Positions 1 to 13,896 of a stretch of DNA of 64,000 nt are shown here, piece after piece. Position 1 is the stretch's first letter, and every line of letters starts with the position of its first letter. Made by a program: the position numbers and the translations under genes. Source of the DNA: Chiloscyllium plagiosum (lineage: Eukaryota); assembly GCF_004010195.1 (NCBI RefSeq), contig NC_057718.1, positions 30,510,045 through 30,574,044 on the forward strand, given 5' to 3'. The notes beneath the pieces are model-generated. The model was given only the letters and a program-made list of their open reading frames with translations, was not told the origin of the DNA and did not search any database.

Positions 1-1719
1 TTTCTATTTCCTCCTCTACTCTGACTTAGGACAGTGCATTCTGAAGAGATGTAAATTATGGTGGGATATGGCTACATGATCCCTGATGTTGACTCCTTGC
101 TCAGTTTGACCTTAAAATAGCATGTTGACATTCAGTCTATCATGCAAATCACATGTCAGCAAAATCCTACTAGATGGAAGTCAAAGTATAGGTATCACAA
201 TTTATTTCCCTTTCTAAGCTAGGACAGTTGAAACTAATTATACTGTCATTCAGCTCAAGTCAGCTAAAGAAGTACAGACTGTAGAGTAAATATGAGATGT
301 ATGTGGTTTAGCAACAAGTTTGCCAATTTTGCTGATTTTATGTTCTTGCCGATTTTATGTTCTGGACTATTGCAGTACCAGAAGGGAGGATGAAAAGGAC
401 TCTGAAATTTGGGAGCAGTGTGATGGACTTTGAGGCACGACCGGTAATTCTAAATTCAGTATAGGATTTGCGGGCTGAGAATCACGGATATGATATGGGA
501 TAACTTGCAGAGAGCCTTGAGCACACATAACTAAGCTGGGGGTAGGTCATCTGGCAACTTGTTTAACTAAAGTTTGAGTGTGTGATTAACTGTGAGGCAA
601 TGTTTGGACTCGGTGATTATTAAAGTAGGATCCAGGTTTTGGCTGAACTAGGAAATGCCAGGAGAGTGGTGGGAATCCTGAACTATGGTAGCATGGTGCA
701 ATGGTAGTCCAGGATCTGATTGCATGGACAAATTCTTGGATCTGAAAGAACTAAAGAATAGAATCTGAAAGTCGTAGCATGGGGATAAGACGTTCCTATG
801 GTTGTCAGTGCAAAGGAAGTGATTTGAAGGGTAGTAGCTTTAGTATGTAAGAAATATATAGATAATAAACATTGCTGTTCTCTTCAGTCTTGGCTGTCTA
901 TACTCTCCCACCACCATTTCTCATGGAACAACTCCCTTGTACCTTGTTACTACCAGAGCTGATACCTGTTCCAGTTTCATTTTCTGTCTGAACACCTACT
1001 TATGCATTTCTCTTCCTACCTAGCTTACCAGCACAGGATAACAGCTTGCTTAAGTAATTATGTTAAGTGCAGGAAGGATATTAGAGAGACAGGAAGCTGG
1101 GAATTAGTGGTAACTCCAAGGATGTTGCTGGTGGGATATTCAGTCATGGTAATGCTGTTGAATGTCAAACAGAGATGGTTAGGTTCTATCTTGTTGGAGG
1201 TGGTTATTGTCTAGCACTTGTGTGGCAGCCATGTTACTTGCCACTTAGGCCAAGCCTGGATATTGTCCAAGTCTTGCTGCATTTGGAAAAAGTTGTTGGA
1301 ATTTAAATTTAATTAAGAAATCTAAAATGTAAAAATCCAGCCTCATTAAACATGGCTTGAAGCTGCCATCATTTGTCATTTTAAAACTTAAATAAACCGA
1401 ATTCACTAATTTTATTCAAGGCAGGAAATTTGCCATCTTTAAAAGGTTAACTCTTAACGGTCCTCCAACTAGCATCTCCATAACCCATGAAGGAATTTTT
1501 TAAAAGGAGCTGGCTAAGAATCTGAGGAGTCACAAATGGTGCTGTAAACTGTACAATCATGAGGGAACATCCCTATTTCCGATGTTATGGAAGAAAGGTC
1601 ATTGATACAGCTGAAAGTGCTTGGTTTAGGAAACTATCCTAAGGCAGAACTCCTATCATGATGTCTTGGGACAAAGATGATTTCCAACAAATTATTCCCC
1701 TCATTCCAACAGAGTGTTT

Positions 1720-2300
1720 TAGAGATTCAGCAGGTCTGGTGTATTTGTGGAGAGAGAAACATATGTAGCGCATTGTTTGTTGACCTTGCTCTCAGGACAG
1801 ACCCATTTTCTCCTTTTCACACATTCACTTACAGCTATTTTACATCTCGATTTCTTCTTTATTACCATTAACGCTACCTTTGTCTTTTCCTCTTGGCACC
1901 TAATCATCAGTTGCTTTCAGTCCCCCTCTGACAAAGCGTAAAACCATTATTTTTCAGTCCCTTTCAGTTCTAAAGATAAGTCATACCAGACTCGAAACAT
2001 TAACTCTCTTTCTCTCTAAAACCTACCCAGGTAAGCTTACACTAACTGCTTCCGGGTCTCGGCTGCCCCTCTGGTCGTCGTCACTTCCTCCTGGTGCTCC
2101 CGCTCTTTCTCTGTGAAGAGAGAGAAAACAAAACACCGCTGCCCGCTACCGGTAAGCACTTTTAAAACCAAACGGTCTTACCTTCGCTGCTGCTCGCACT
2201 GGAAATATTAACTCTCTTTCTCTCTCCAGAGATGCTGCCAGACCTGCTGAGGCTCTCCAGCACTTAATTTCCTTACTTGATATTTACAACTTCTGCAGTG
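1720..2300. mobile_element. Degraded Penelope-derived short element (family B) with decayed hammerhead motif, split by a 184-bp insertion
   Basis: CAGTTCTAAAGATAAGTCATACCAGACTCGAAACATTAACT (~1965-2005) is a decayed CTGAAGA..GAAACGTT core; tail GATGCTGCCAGACCTGCTGAG..TCCAGCA at 2230-2262 and an inverted copy at ~1727-1760. Confidence 0.55.
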
Positions 2301-2480
2301 TTTTATTTTACTTCCCCTAATTTCTGTTGACTTCTGCATTGCTGGGGCTCCTTGGTGCCACGCTTGGTCAGATACTGCCATGTTATCAAGGGCACTCACT
2401 CTTGCCTCACCTCTGGACCTCATCTCTTTTATCAATGTTTGAACGAAGGCTGTAATATGGTCAGGAGTTGACAGCTGTTT

Positions 2481-2610
2481 TCCTGATGAAGGGCTTTTGC
2501 CCGTAATGTCGATTTTCCTGCTCCTCAGATGCTGCCCGACCTGCTGTGCTTTTCCAGCACCACTCTGATCTAAACTCTGGTTTCCAGCATCTGCAGTCCT
2601 CACTTTTGCC
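2481..2610 (+). mobile_element. Penelope-derived short element (family A) with hammerhead core
   Basis: CTGATGA-AGGGC-TTTT-GCCC-GTAATGTC (GAAA core mutated), followed by the same tail seen at 7624, 19933 and 21543. Confidence 0.8.
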
Positions 2611-3227
2611 TGGGTCATTAATGAGCAAATAATGCCTGACAGCACTGTCAGTGACCCCTTTTATCACTTTGTTGATGGTAGAGGTCGACTAATAACTGCA
2701 ATATTTGTTGGGTTGGATTCATCCTGTTTTTTGCGGTGATATGCCTGCAGAATTGTCCTCAGTGTATCCATTATTGGAACAGTTTGATTATGGGTGGCGT
2801 TAGTTCTAAAGTGCATGTCTTCAGTGCTATTGCTGGAATCTAGTCAGGGCTCAGAGATAGTACGATGTCCAGTTCCTTCAACTACTTCTTGATATCAAGT
2901 GGAGTAAAACAAATTAACTTGAGCCTGGCATCTGTGATGCAAAGGACCACTGGAGTAAGCCAAGGTGAATCATCCACTCTGCACGTCTGACTGAAGATCC
3001 TTTACATTGATGTGGGGGATTTACATTGGAAATTTAATGGAGTTTTATCCTCCAATTAGTTATTTAATTGCTGGTTACCATTCAAGATTAGATGTGGTGG
3101 GTCTGCAGAGCCTGGATCTGATCCATTGGTTGAGAGATCACTTAGCTCTATCCATCACTTGCTGCTTCCCTGTTTGGCATGCAAGCAGTCCTGTGTTGTA
3201 GCTTTACTAGGTTGACAACTTTAACTT

Positions 3228-4356
3228 TCAGTGTGGTGCCAGAAAAGCACAGCAGGTGAGGCAGCATCCGAGGAGCAGGAGAGTTGATATTACGGGCATA
3301 AACCCTTCATCAGGAATGTGGAGGCGACAGGGAGCTGAGAGGTAAATTGGAGGGGTGGGGTGGGGCTTGGGGGCAAGGTAGCTGGGAAGGCGATAGGTGG
3401 ATGCAGATGGGGGTATAGGTGATAGGTCAGTAGGGAGGGTGGAGCGGATAGGTGGGAAGGAAGATGAACAGATCAAAAGGGGGTTGTCGAGTTGGAGGGT
3501 TGGATCTGGAATGAAGTGGGGGGAGGGGAAATTTGGAAACCAATGAAGTCGATGTTGATGCCATGTGGTTGAAGGGTCCCAAGGCACCTTCTCTTGCCAC
3601 CGTATGAGTTGGAAAACCTGTGCCCACACCTCCCCTCCTCACCTCTGTCCAAAACCCCAAAGGATTTCTCACATCTAGCAGAGATTTTCCTGAACATCCA
3701 CCTACCTTATCTACTGTGTCTGTTGCTCTCAATGTAGTCTCCTGTATATCATGCCTCCAGTTGTTGGTTGGCTTTGATTTGGCGGTGGAGGAAGCCCAGG
3801 ACTTGCATATCCTTGGGGAGTTGAAGTAGTCAGCCATGGGACAGTGGGGTTGTTTGGTGCTTGTGTCCCGGTGATGTTCCCTGAAACGCTCTGCAAGTTG
3901 GCGTCCTGTCTCCTTGATATACAGGAGACTACATTGAGAGCAACAGACACAGTAGATAAGGTAGGTGGATGTGCAGGAAAATCTCTGCCAGATGTGAGAA
4001 ATCCTTTGGGGTTTTGGACAGAGGTGAGGAGGGGAGGTGTGGGCACAGGTTTTCCAACTCATACGGTGGCAAGAGAAGGTGCCGGGTGTCGGACTGGGTT
4101 GGTGAGGAGTGTGGACCTAACAAGGGAGTCACGGAGGGAATGGTCTCTGCAGAATGCAGACAGAGTGGGGATAGAAATATATCTTTGGTAGTGGTTTCTG
4201 ATTGTAAGTGGCAGAAATGGCAGAGATTAGTAGGGTAGAAGGTGAGGACTGGGGGCTTCTATCCTTGTTGCTGTTGGAGAGGTGGTTTTCAAGGGCGGAG
4301 ATGTAGAAAGTGGAGGAGGTGCACTGGAGGGCATTGTAGAATTGAGGGCAGTGCAT
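3228..4356 (-). mobile_element. Penelope-like element 3' fragment: GIY-YIG endonuclease remnant, C/T-rich UTR and hammerhead-bearing terminal repeat
   Basis: Translation SCTSTYLIYCVCCSQCSLLYIKETGRQLAERFREH..CPMADYFNSP fits the PLE GIY-YIG motif; minus-strand CTGATGAAGGGTTTATGCCCGTAA at ~3290-3314. Confidence 0.85.
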
Positions 4357-5157
4357 CTACTAAAGGCAACTAAATGGTTTTGGTGGGTATAAATATGACA
4401 TGTACCCCGCTTATTGTGGTCTGAATTTTTAAATATTTACTGCCTTCCTGCATTTTTTATTGAACCTAGGTTGATCCACAGACATGGTAGTAATGGTAAA
4501 GTGAAGGATATGCCAGACCAGGGGATTATAGATGGCGGTCAAATTCAATTCTGTTGCTGCTGCTGCTGCAGCTGCTGGATGGGTCACAGCATTGCCTGGA
4601 TGCCTGGTTTCAACTTGTGTGCTCTGTTCAAAATCTTTCCCATTTAGCCCTGTGGTAGTGCTACACAACATGGTCAAGTCGCTCCTCAATGTGAAGACCA
4701 GATTTCAACAATCCAGAAGAACTGTCATAGCCATTCCTACAAATGCTGTACAGACTGATGTATTTATGTCGGGTAGTTTGGTGAGGCTGAGGTTAAGTAA
4801 GTTTCCCCTATTGGTAGTTCCCACACTACCTGCTGAAGACTGTTTAAAAGCAGTGCCTTTTATGACTTGACCAGTTTGGTCATTATTAATGCAGCTGAAC
4901 CAATCTTGGTGATTAGCATTGAATGTTGCTCACCCAGAGTGCATCTGTGCTCTTGTTACCTTCAATTCTTCTTCCAATGATGTTCAACAGAGGAGTATTG
5001 ATTAATCAGCTGAGGGATGTAGTGAAAATATCGAACACAGAACAATACAGTGCAGAACAGGCCCTTCAGCTCTCGATGTTGCATATGTGGTAATTAGCAA
5101 GAGCTTTCTTGCTTACGTTTAAGCCTTGAGGTTTCATGAGGTCTAGACACAATGTTA

Positions 5158-6925
5158 AACACAGAACATAGAATAGTACAGCACAGGAATGGGCCCTTCA
5201 GCCCACAATGTTATGCTGAACATGATACCAAATTTAACTAATCCCTTCTGCCTATCCTTGGTCCGTATCCCTCCGTTTCTTGCGTATTCATGTGCTTATC
5301 TAAAAGTCTTCTAAGCACCACTACTGTGTCTGCCTCCACCACCACCTTTGGCAGCATTTTCCAGACTCCTACCACTCTCTGTGTAAAAAACAGCATTTTC
5401 CAGACTCCTACCACTCTCTGTGTAAAAAAAAAAACTTGCCCCTCACATCTTCTTTGAACTTTCCCTGTCTCATCTTAAATATATGCCCTCTAGTATTAGA
5501 CATTTCAACTCTGGGAAAAGGTCTGACTGTCAACCCTATCTATGTCCCTTATAATTTTATAGACTTCTATCAAGTCTCCGCCAGTCCAGAGAAAACACCG
5601 CAAGTTTTTCTAGCCTCTCCTTATAATTTATACCCTCTAATCCAGGCAGCATCCTGGTAAACCTTTTCTGTACCTTCTCCAAAGCCTCTACATCCTTCCT
5701 GTAATGTAGTGACCAGAATTAAATGCAATACTTTAAGTGTAACCTAAGCAAAGTCTTATGAAGTTGCAACATGTCATCCTGACCCTTGAACTCAATTTCC
5801 TATAAAGGCAAGCATGCCTTTTTTACCACCCGATCTACTTGCATGGCCACTTTCAGGGAGTTATTGACTTGAACTCCAAGATCCCTGTTAATATCAATGC
5901 TGTTCAGGGTCCTGCCATTAACTGTTCACTTTTCCTTATCATTTGATCTCCCAAAGTGCAGCACCTCACACTTATCTGGATTAAACTCCCTCTGCCATTT
6001 CTCTGTCCACATCTACAACTGATCTGTATCTTGCTGTATCCTTTGATCAACCTCTTCACTATACACAGCTCCACCAATCTTTGTATCATCTGAAAACTAA
6101 CGAATCCACCTATCTACATTTTCATCCAAGTCATTTATATATATCACAAACAACAGGGGTCCCACTCCAGATCCCTGTGGTACACCTCTAGTCACTGATC
6201 TCTAGCCAGAAAAACACCTTCCATATGCAAGTTAATTCTGAATCCACACAGCCAAGACACCGTGGATCTCATGCATCTTAATCTTCTGGATGAACAACCA
6301 TGAGGGACCTTGACAAAAGCCTTGTTAAAATCCAAATAGACAACATCCACTGTTCTACTCTCATCGATGACCTTTGGCACCTCCTTGAAAAGTTCAGTCA
6401 AGTTAGTAAGACATGACCTGCCCTAATTCAGCCATGACTTTCCAAATACGCATAAATCCTATCCCTAAGAATTCTCTCCAATAGCTTCCCAACCACCAGT
6501 GTGAGACTCATAGGTCTATAGTTTCTTGAATTATCCCTATTTCCCTTTTTGAACAGAGGAATAACATTAGCTACTCACCAGTCCTCCAGGACCTCTCCAG
6601 TGGCTAACCAGGATACCAAAAATCTTGGTCAAGGCTCCAGCAAGCTCCTCTCTTGCCTCTCTCAATAAGCCAGGGTAGATATCATCCAGCGCTGGAGACT
6701 TTTCACCTTAATGCTCTTGATCACAAAATGCCCTGACATATTAGCATGCTGCACACAAACCTCACTAACCTCCATATTCTTCTCCTGGGTGAATACCAAC
6801 GGAAAGTACTCCTTGAGGGTCTCACCCACACCCTCTGCCTTCACACAAGTTCCCTCCTTTATCCTTCAGTGGTCCTAGCTTCTCCCTAGTTATCTTTTTA
6901 TTTTTAATATCTGTATAGAATGTTG
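5158..6925 (-). mobile_element. CR1 LINE, 5'-truncated, decayed ORF2 RT and 3' tail
   Basis: VDVVYLDFNKAFVKVPH, EYFPLVFTQEK; TTCTATG-type tail at ~5160-5175; short internal tandem duplication ~5352-5428. Confidence 0.9.
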
Positions 6926-7189
6926 AGGATTCCCAGGTCAAATTCCCTCCCAAATTGTACCATTGTGCTGCCACTTCCTGTCGGTCTGATCACGGTGTGT
7001 CTGAAGCATTGAAAGGGATGATTCAGTGAGGATATGATGTCAGTCTGTTATCTGACTAGTCAGTGGAACAGCTCTCCCAAATTTGCCACTACCCCCAGGT
7101 GTTAGCAGGTCTGTGATTTCCATTGTTGTTTCTGGTGTTTAATTCAAGGTCAGATGATCTGTCTGGTTTCATTCCTTTTAAATTTACTG

Positions 7190-7980
7190 CTGTCTGATGG
7201 AACTGAGTTAGTGATAGAGTTCAGTGCAGAGAAGCGTGAGGTGAAACACTTTGTTTTAGACTGTCTTTCCATGTTTTTACACCAATGTACTATTCTGAAA
7301 GATCTACAGGAGCAGAGATACCTAGGTGCACATGTGTATAAGTTACTAAAGGTGACAGGACACTTTCATAACTTCATTTGTAAGCAATGATTACAGAAGT
7401 TGGAACTGTTTACCTTAGAGAGGAGAAGACTAAGATTCGATTGTGTTCAAAATCATGAGTGATTCAAACAGAGTAGATAGAGAGAAATTGCTTCCACTTG
7501 TAAAAGGATCAAGAACCAGAAGGCACAGATTTCAAATGCATTGCAAATGAAGCAAGTGTGAGGTAGGTAATTAGGGTTTGGAATGCACTACCTGAAAGCA
7601 TGGTTGAGGCAGGTTCAATTGAGTCAAGATTAGAGTGGTGCTGGAAAAGCACAGAAGGTCAGGCAGCATCAGAGGAGCAAGAAAATCGACGTTTCAGGCA
7701 AAATCCCTTCATTCCTGATGCTGCCTGACCTGCTGTGCTTTTCTCGCACCACTCTAATCTTGACTCTAATCTCCAGCATCTGCAGTACCCACTTTCGCCG
7801 AGCAGATTCAGTTGAGGCATTCAAACGGGCATTCAGTGATTATTTAAATAGAAACTTAATGCAGGCCTTTGGGGAGAAAACAGGTGATTGGCTGTAATTT
7901 GTTAAAAAAACTCAAGGTGTCTGTGATGACATGATGCTCTGATTAGCCTCCTTCAGCACAGTAACCATTCTGTGATTCTT
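7190..7980 (+). mobile_element. Old CR1 3' fragment interrupted by a family A element
   Basis: EFSAEKREVKHF..EQRYLGAHVYKLLKV and CR1-like 3' region. Confidence 0.7.
7621..7800. mobile_element. Palindromic Penelope-derived element (family A) with centre partly deleted
   Basis: Inverted arms GAGTCAAGATTAGAGTGGTG..GGCAGCATC / GATGCTGCC..CACCACTCTAATCTTGACTC; imperfect flanking duplication GCAGGTTCAATTGAG / GCAGATTCAGTTGAG. Confidence 0.8.
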
Positions 7981-8414
7981 TGGTATATCATTTCAGTCTG
8001 TAGGTATCCAACCACATGAATTTAAATTCCACCAGCTGCCACGGTGAATTTGTATCTATATTGCATTAACATGGATTTCTGAGTTATTAGTCCAGGGTTA
8101 TTAATATGTTTTTGTTCATTCATGGGACTTGGGCATCGCTGGGGCCAGCATTCATTGGCCTTCAGTAGTTTCCCTTCAGAACGTGGTGGTGAGCTGCCTT
8201 GTTGAATAGCTGCAGTTCATGTGCTGTACGTGAACTCACATGGCATGAGGAAGGGAATTCCAGAATTTTCGTCCAGTGAATGTGAAGGAATGATGATACA
8301 TTTCTAAGTCAGGATAGTGAGTAGCTTGGAGGGAGCCTGCAGGTAGCAGTGTTCCCACGTATCCACGGTCTTTGTCCTTCTAGATGGAAGCAGTCATGTC
8401 TGAGGAAGGCACTT

Positions 8415-9608
8415 AGAGTCATAGAGTCATAGAGATGTACAGCATGGAAACAGACCCTTCGGTCCAACCCGTCCATGCCGACCAGATATCCCAACCCAAT
8501 GTAGTCCCACCTGCCAGCACCCAGCCCATATCCCTCCAAACCCTTCCTATTCATATACCCATCCAAATGCCTCTTAAATCTTGCAATTGTACCAGCCTCC
8601 ACCACATCCTCTGGCAGCTCATTCCATTCAGGTACCACCCTCTGTGTGAAAAAGCTGCCCCTTAGGTCTCTTTTATATCTTTTCCCCCTCACCCTAAACC
8701 TGTGCCCTCTAGTTCTGGATTCCCCGGCCCCAGGGAAAAGACTTTGTCTATTTATCCTATCCATGCACCTCAATTTTGTAAGGTCTCTCCTTAGCCTCCG
8801 ACAATCCAGGGAAAACAGCCCCAGCCCGTTCAGCCTCTCCCTGTAGCTCAGATCCTCCAACCCTGGCAACATCCTTGTAAATCTTTTCTGAACCCTTTCA
8901 AGTTTCACAACATCTTTCCGTTAGGAAGGAGACCAGAATTGCACTCAATATTCCAACAGTGGCCTAACCAATGTCCTGTACAGCTGCAACATGACCTCCC
9001 AACTCCTGTACTCAATACTCTGACCACTATCATATCTACCTGCGACTCACTTTCCATCCAAATCATTTATGTAAATGACAAAATATAGAGGACCCAGCAC
9101 CGATCCTTGTGGCACTCCACTGGTCACAGGCTTCCACTCTGAAAAATAACCCTCCACCACCACCCTCTGTCTTCTACCTTTGAGTCAGTTCTGTATCTTC
9201 TTTGTTACTTCTTCAAAAAACTCAATCAAGTATGTGAGGCATGATTTCCCACGTACAAAGCTATGTTGACTATCCCGAATCAGTCCTTGCCTTTCCAAAT
9301 ACATGTACATCCTGTCCCTCCGGATTCCCTTCAACAACTTGCCCACCATTGAGGTCAGGCTCACTGGTCTATAGTTCCCTGGCTTGTCTTTACCGCCCTT
9401 CTTAAATAGTAGCACCACGTTTGCCAACCTCCAGTCTTCCGGCACCTCACCTGTGACTATCGATGATACAAATACTTCAGCAAGAAGCCCAGCAATCACT
9501 TCTCTAGCTTCCCACAGAGTTGTAGGGTATACCTGATCAGGTCCTGGGGATTTATCCACTTTTAACCATTTCAAGGCATCCAGCACTTCCTCCTCTGTAA
9601 TCTGGACT
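8415..9608 (-). mobile_element. Young CR1 LINE 3' part with internal deletions, inserted in an older CR1-like element (~8105-8414 and ~9610-9925)
   Basis: KSPGPDQVYP..NYRPVSLTS..GKSCLT; KLERVQKRFTRMLPGL; (CTATGACT)n tail at 8415-8433; older flank reads WMNASPTTLKKLDTIQDKAAHL. Confidence 0.92.
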
Positions 9609-9929
9609 CTACAGACTTTCGACAAATTTCTGTAATGCTTCGTACAGATAGTACACACTGCTGCTACAGAATATTGGTGGTAGAGGCTGTTCCAGTTAAG
9701 TGAGCTGCTTTGTCCTGGATGGTGTCAAGCTTCTTGAGTGTTGTTGGAGATGCATTCATCCAGGAAAGTGAGGAGTACTTGTTGACATTCCTGAGTTGTA
9801 CCTTGGAGGTGCTGGACAGGCTTTGGGGGGTCTGGAGGTAAATTTCTCGCTGCTGTATTCCAAGCCCTAACCTGCTCTTAAAGCCACGATGATCATATGG
9901 TAAGTCCACTTGTGCTTCAATCTTCCAAA

Positions 9930-10370
9930 ATCAGCTCCATGGGCCAGTCCCGTCCTTGGGATACCTGAGTTCCAACTACCAAAGCAAATCTTTGCCCAGT
10001 TAAACGAAGGCACTCGAACAAGAGGAGGACAAAGGAAGTGTTTCAAAGACTCTTTGAAGGCTTCCCTCAAGAAATGCAACATAGATGTCATCGTTTGGGA
10101 GACCCTCGTTTAAAAGAAGCTGACTTAGAAGAAACTCCTGAATAAAGGGACACAATTCTTTGACAACACTCATTTGCAAGAGACAGTATGGAAAAGGAAC
10201 CCGAGAAAAGAATGCCAATGATTTCAAAGCCAAGAACCACTTCTACCTCCTGGAAACACCTGCCAAATGTATGGTCAGAGATGCAGCTCTAGGATTCGGT
10301 TCATCAACCATGCAAGGATTCACATAACATTTCACCAATGACATGAAACTTCCTAAGTGGACAATCATAC
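9930..10370 (+). mobile_element. RTE-clade (BovB-like) LINE 3' fragment
   Basis: LPKQIFAQLNEGTRTRGGQRKCFKDSLKASLKKCNID..WETL is the typical RTE ORF2 C-terminus. Confidence 0.8.
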
Positions 10371-10529
10371 ATGTTAGTGTGTGATTGCTGATAATGGCAA
10401 TGCGTATTAGTCGCAATTTAAATTTGAGAATCATGGGACAAGTATATGTCTGTATATGTAGTGCAGTTTTTCTCTACTGTAGTCAGTATGCCAAATGTCA
10501 ATATTTGTTGGTGTGTTCAGAAATAATAC

Positions 10530-10532
<3 letters not shown>

Positions 10533-10566
<34 letters not shown>
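10533..10566. repeat. (AT)n microsatellite
   Basis: About 17 AT units. Confidence 0.95.
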
Positions 10567-10570
<4 letters not shown>

Positions 10571-11162
10571 TGGTGATGACAGTAGGGTGTGTTAACAATA
10601 CTTTAGGTATTGATCTGAGGGCATTTATTGTTTTCAAAATGAAGTATGTTTAACGAATGCCAAAGGTGATGTAGGGGTTAGATGAATGCAGCAAGCCAAA
10701 CAGTGTAATAAGGTTACAATTGCATTTCTCCAAACATTTCCTTTGCATAACAAAATTGCATGCTCTGTAATTTGCAGAAATAAGTTACACAGGTTATCTA
10801 ATATACATATGACAATTATTATTCATTAACAGGACCACATGTTAACTCTAGTCAGTTCCTCTTCATCAATCTCTGCACAAATATTGCATATTGTCTTATA
10901 ATCATGCATGTTTTGTAATTATATGCATGTGCTTTCTATTGGCTAGCCATCTGTTTGTTCCTAGGGTGATGTTACTTTCCTGTGAAGTGTCCATCCTCTA
11001 GTGAATGCTGTTGATATGGTAACTGTTGGTGATCCATTTCTGTTGTTGAGAAATGGTGGACCTGTGGGACTGATGGTCATTCTGTACTCTGTTATGCGGT
11101 CACATCTTCACTGCAGGCATCTGATCAGGAAGTAACTGCTTCTCTTGTACATTGATGGCTGC

Positions 11163-11612
11163 AATTTACTACGATGTTGCCTGGTATGGAGGGAAGGTCT
11201 TACGAGGAAAGGCTGAGAGACTTGAGGCTATTTTCATTGAAGAGAAGAAAGTTGAGAGGTGACCTAATTGAGACATATAAGGTAAACAGAGGGTTAGATA
11301 GGTTGGACAGTGAGAGCCTTTTTCCTTGGATGGTGATGGCTAGCACGAGGGGTCATAACTTTAAATTGAGGGATGATGGATATAGGACAGATGTCAGAGG
11401 TAGTTTCTTTACTCAGAGTAGTAGGGGCATGGAATGTAATGCCTGCAACATTAATAGACTTGCCAACTTCAAAGGCATTTAAATGGTCATTGGATTGCCA
11501 TTAGGACGAGAATGGAATAGTATAGATTAGGTGGGCTTCAGATTGGTTCCACAGGTCAGCGCAACATTGAAGGCCAAAGGGTCTGTACTGCACTGTAATG
11601 TTCTATGTTCTA
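11163..11612 (+). mobile_element. CR1 LINE 3' fragment
   Basis: MLPGMEGRSYEERLRDLRLFSL..RGDLIETYK; TGTTCTATGTTCTA tail. Confidence 0.92.
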
Positions 11613-13896
11613 ATCGCAGTGATGTACCTGTTCATTTATGTTCACCACATACAAATGTGGTGACCTGTTCAATACAGCTCCCGAGTTGTCATGCAGGCTG
11701 ATTTTTGTTGAGAGCATTGATGTTTGCAACCTTGTACTCCAATACTCAGCTCTGGGAATAAACTAGCAGTTTTAGCATGGTTTTCATCACTCCTGCCTTT
11801 TACTTCTCGTTGCAATAGTATTCGTTATTGGAAGAAAGGTTTGTGTATGAGATGGCATTTAATCTTTGGGCTGGACTATTTTCAATTGGTGCTAGGTTTG
11901 TTGATTTCTTTGTGATCCTTTTGGCAATTTTAATTGCTGGCTTAGCCTTTCCATTTAACTAGGATTACAGTGGAGATGATACATGGTGTTGAATTTTCCA
12001 ATCCTTTATGAGGCACTTTAATACATCACTCTTGAATTGAGGGTCATTGTTATTCATCACAATATTGGAAATGCCCCCATACTGATTGGTGTACTTTCAA
12101 GCATTCTCCAATCACATTGGTAATCATTGATATTAGCTGGTGTAATACCCAGTTGTCAGAATAGTAGTTGATGGTAAATGAATAATTAGTTCCTGCAAGA
12201 GTGTAGAAGACAACTCAAAGCTTAATCTATGGTTAGTCTGGAATATTATGTGTCAGGCAATACTTTGTTTGATATTTATTATAAGCATCGAACTGGCTAA
12301 CGTGATTCTTAATCTTATTGCTCATGTTTAGCCATTTGACCACTTCTCATGCCTTCTACAGAGTACAGTCAATTTCTTGACGGCTTGCATGGATGCACGT
12401 CATTATCTATTTTCTCATCTCCATTTCACCTCTACATGCCTAATAATTTATAACAAAAGTGTCATCTTTCATCACTACTTCCTGATGCGCTTAGCAAGTC
12501 AAATCTTGGAGCACAGTTTCCTTGATTCTAAGCAAGATGCATGTCTTTCAGATTCAGTGTCTCTGCTGGCTTGATAACTTCCAGAATATATTGATTTATT
12601 GCTTCTCATTGAATCCAGAAGATTATACATTCTGTCTGAGCATCCTCAACTTTCTGTGCATTGAGTACTGCTCTTGACAGCATGTCCACAATGTACATCT
12701 GTTTCTATTGATTGTACACAATATCCTGATGATATCTCTAAATTTGAAATAATATTCTTTGCAGTTGCTTTGGAGGAAATTGAAGTGGTTTGAGAAAGAT
12801 GTTTTGAAAGGGTTTGCGATTGGACTCCACTCTTGCTTCGTCTCCCCAAATAGGTATTGATTAAAATGCTCACAATGAAAGATAATAGCTAGGCACTCTA
12901 TCTGAGTATACCTCCACTCGGTTTACATAAATGCCCTGGATGATGCAACACTTAGAGAAGAAGAAAGTTTTCCTTGCTGCATTAGGTTTACTTCAAGTCC
13001 TTACTTGTAGACTTCACACTGCAAGGTGACATCTTCATCTTCATTTGACATTATTGTACCTCAGCGCTGGCATTGTTGTCATTAATTGTTGATTCTAGTG
13101 AAAGCTGTGATCCAATACCACTGCATCCTTAGCCATAGAGATTCACACACTGATGGCAAATTAAACAACAGCTTTGCTAAATTGTTTATAAATCCCAAAA
13201 AATGTTTAATTGATTTCCTATCTGTTAGTTCTTGGTTAACTTAAAGGTCACCCAATGTGGTGACCCTCAGATTAAACCATTACCAGTTGTCTCTTTCTAA
13301 TGACAGAGCAGCCCAGTGGACTGGTAAGACCACAGCAACTTTACCATTCACCTTGTCATAATTCAGGAAAAGTCCATTCATTCTCAGTACAAGACCTACG
13401 TAGTTGACTTTGTGCATCAACAATACAGTTTTTGTTCAGCTGTGGGTTCATCTGGCAAGCTCTCTTTAGCAACAACTGGATTCTGTTTGTAGTCTGCATT
13501 AGCTTCTGCCATTGAGTCTCTACAACCACAATTTAGTAGATCATCCATAATAGCTTTCGCACCAAGAAGATCACTGACCATCTCATGCTGTCTCAATTAA
13601 TATTCTTCTGGAGCAGTAGAAATTACAACTGGGCATGCATAACCATCCATATTGCCTCAATGGCATCCAGAATGTAGTTAGAAAGTCATCTAGCTTCATT
13701 TGCAAGTAATCATTTCTTTTGCATTGAGTGTCATAAAAACCTTTGTCTTGGCAGGTTGTTGCAAAATTTCTTCAGTGGCTGTCATGGAGTAGTGTGATCT
13801 CTTCAAAGTTCTAAATAGTTGCTTAAGATTGATGCATAACCTCAATTTTCCAGGATTTTTTTTCTCCTGCTATCATTCTATTGATCCAGTATGTAG

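Noticed and set aside
4532..4870. Poly-Ala ORF (112 aa)
   Set aside because: Short (GCT)n microsatellite inside decayed LINE-like sequence
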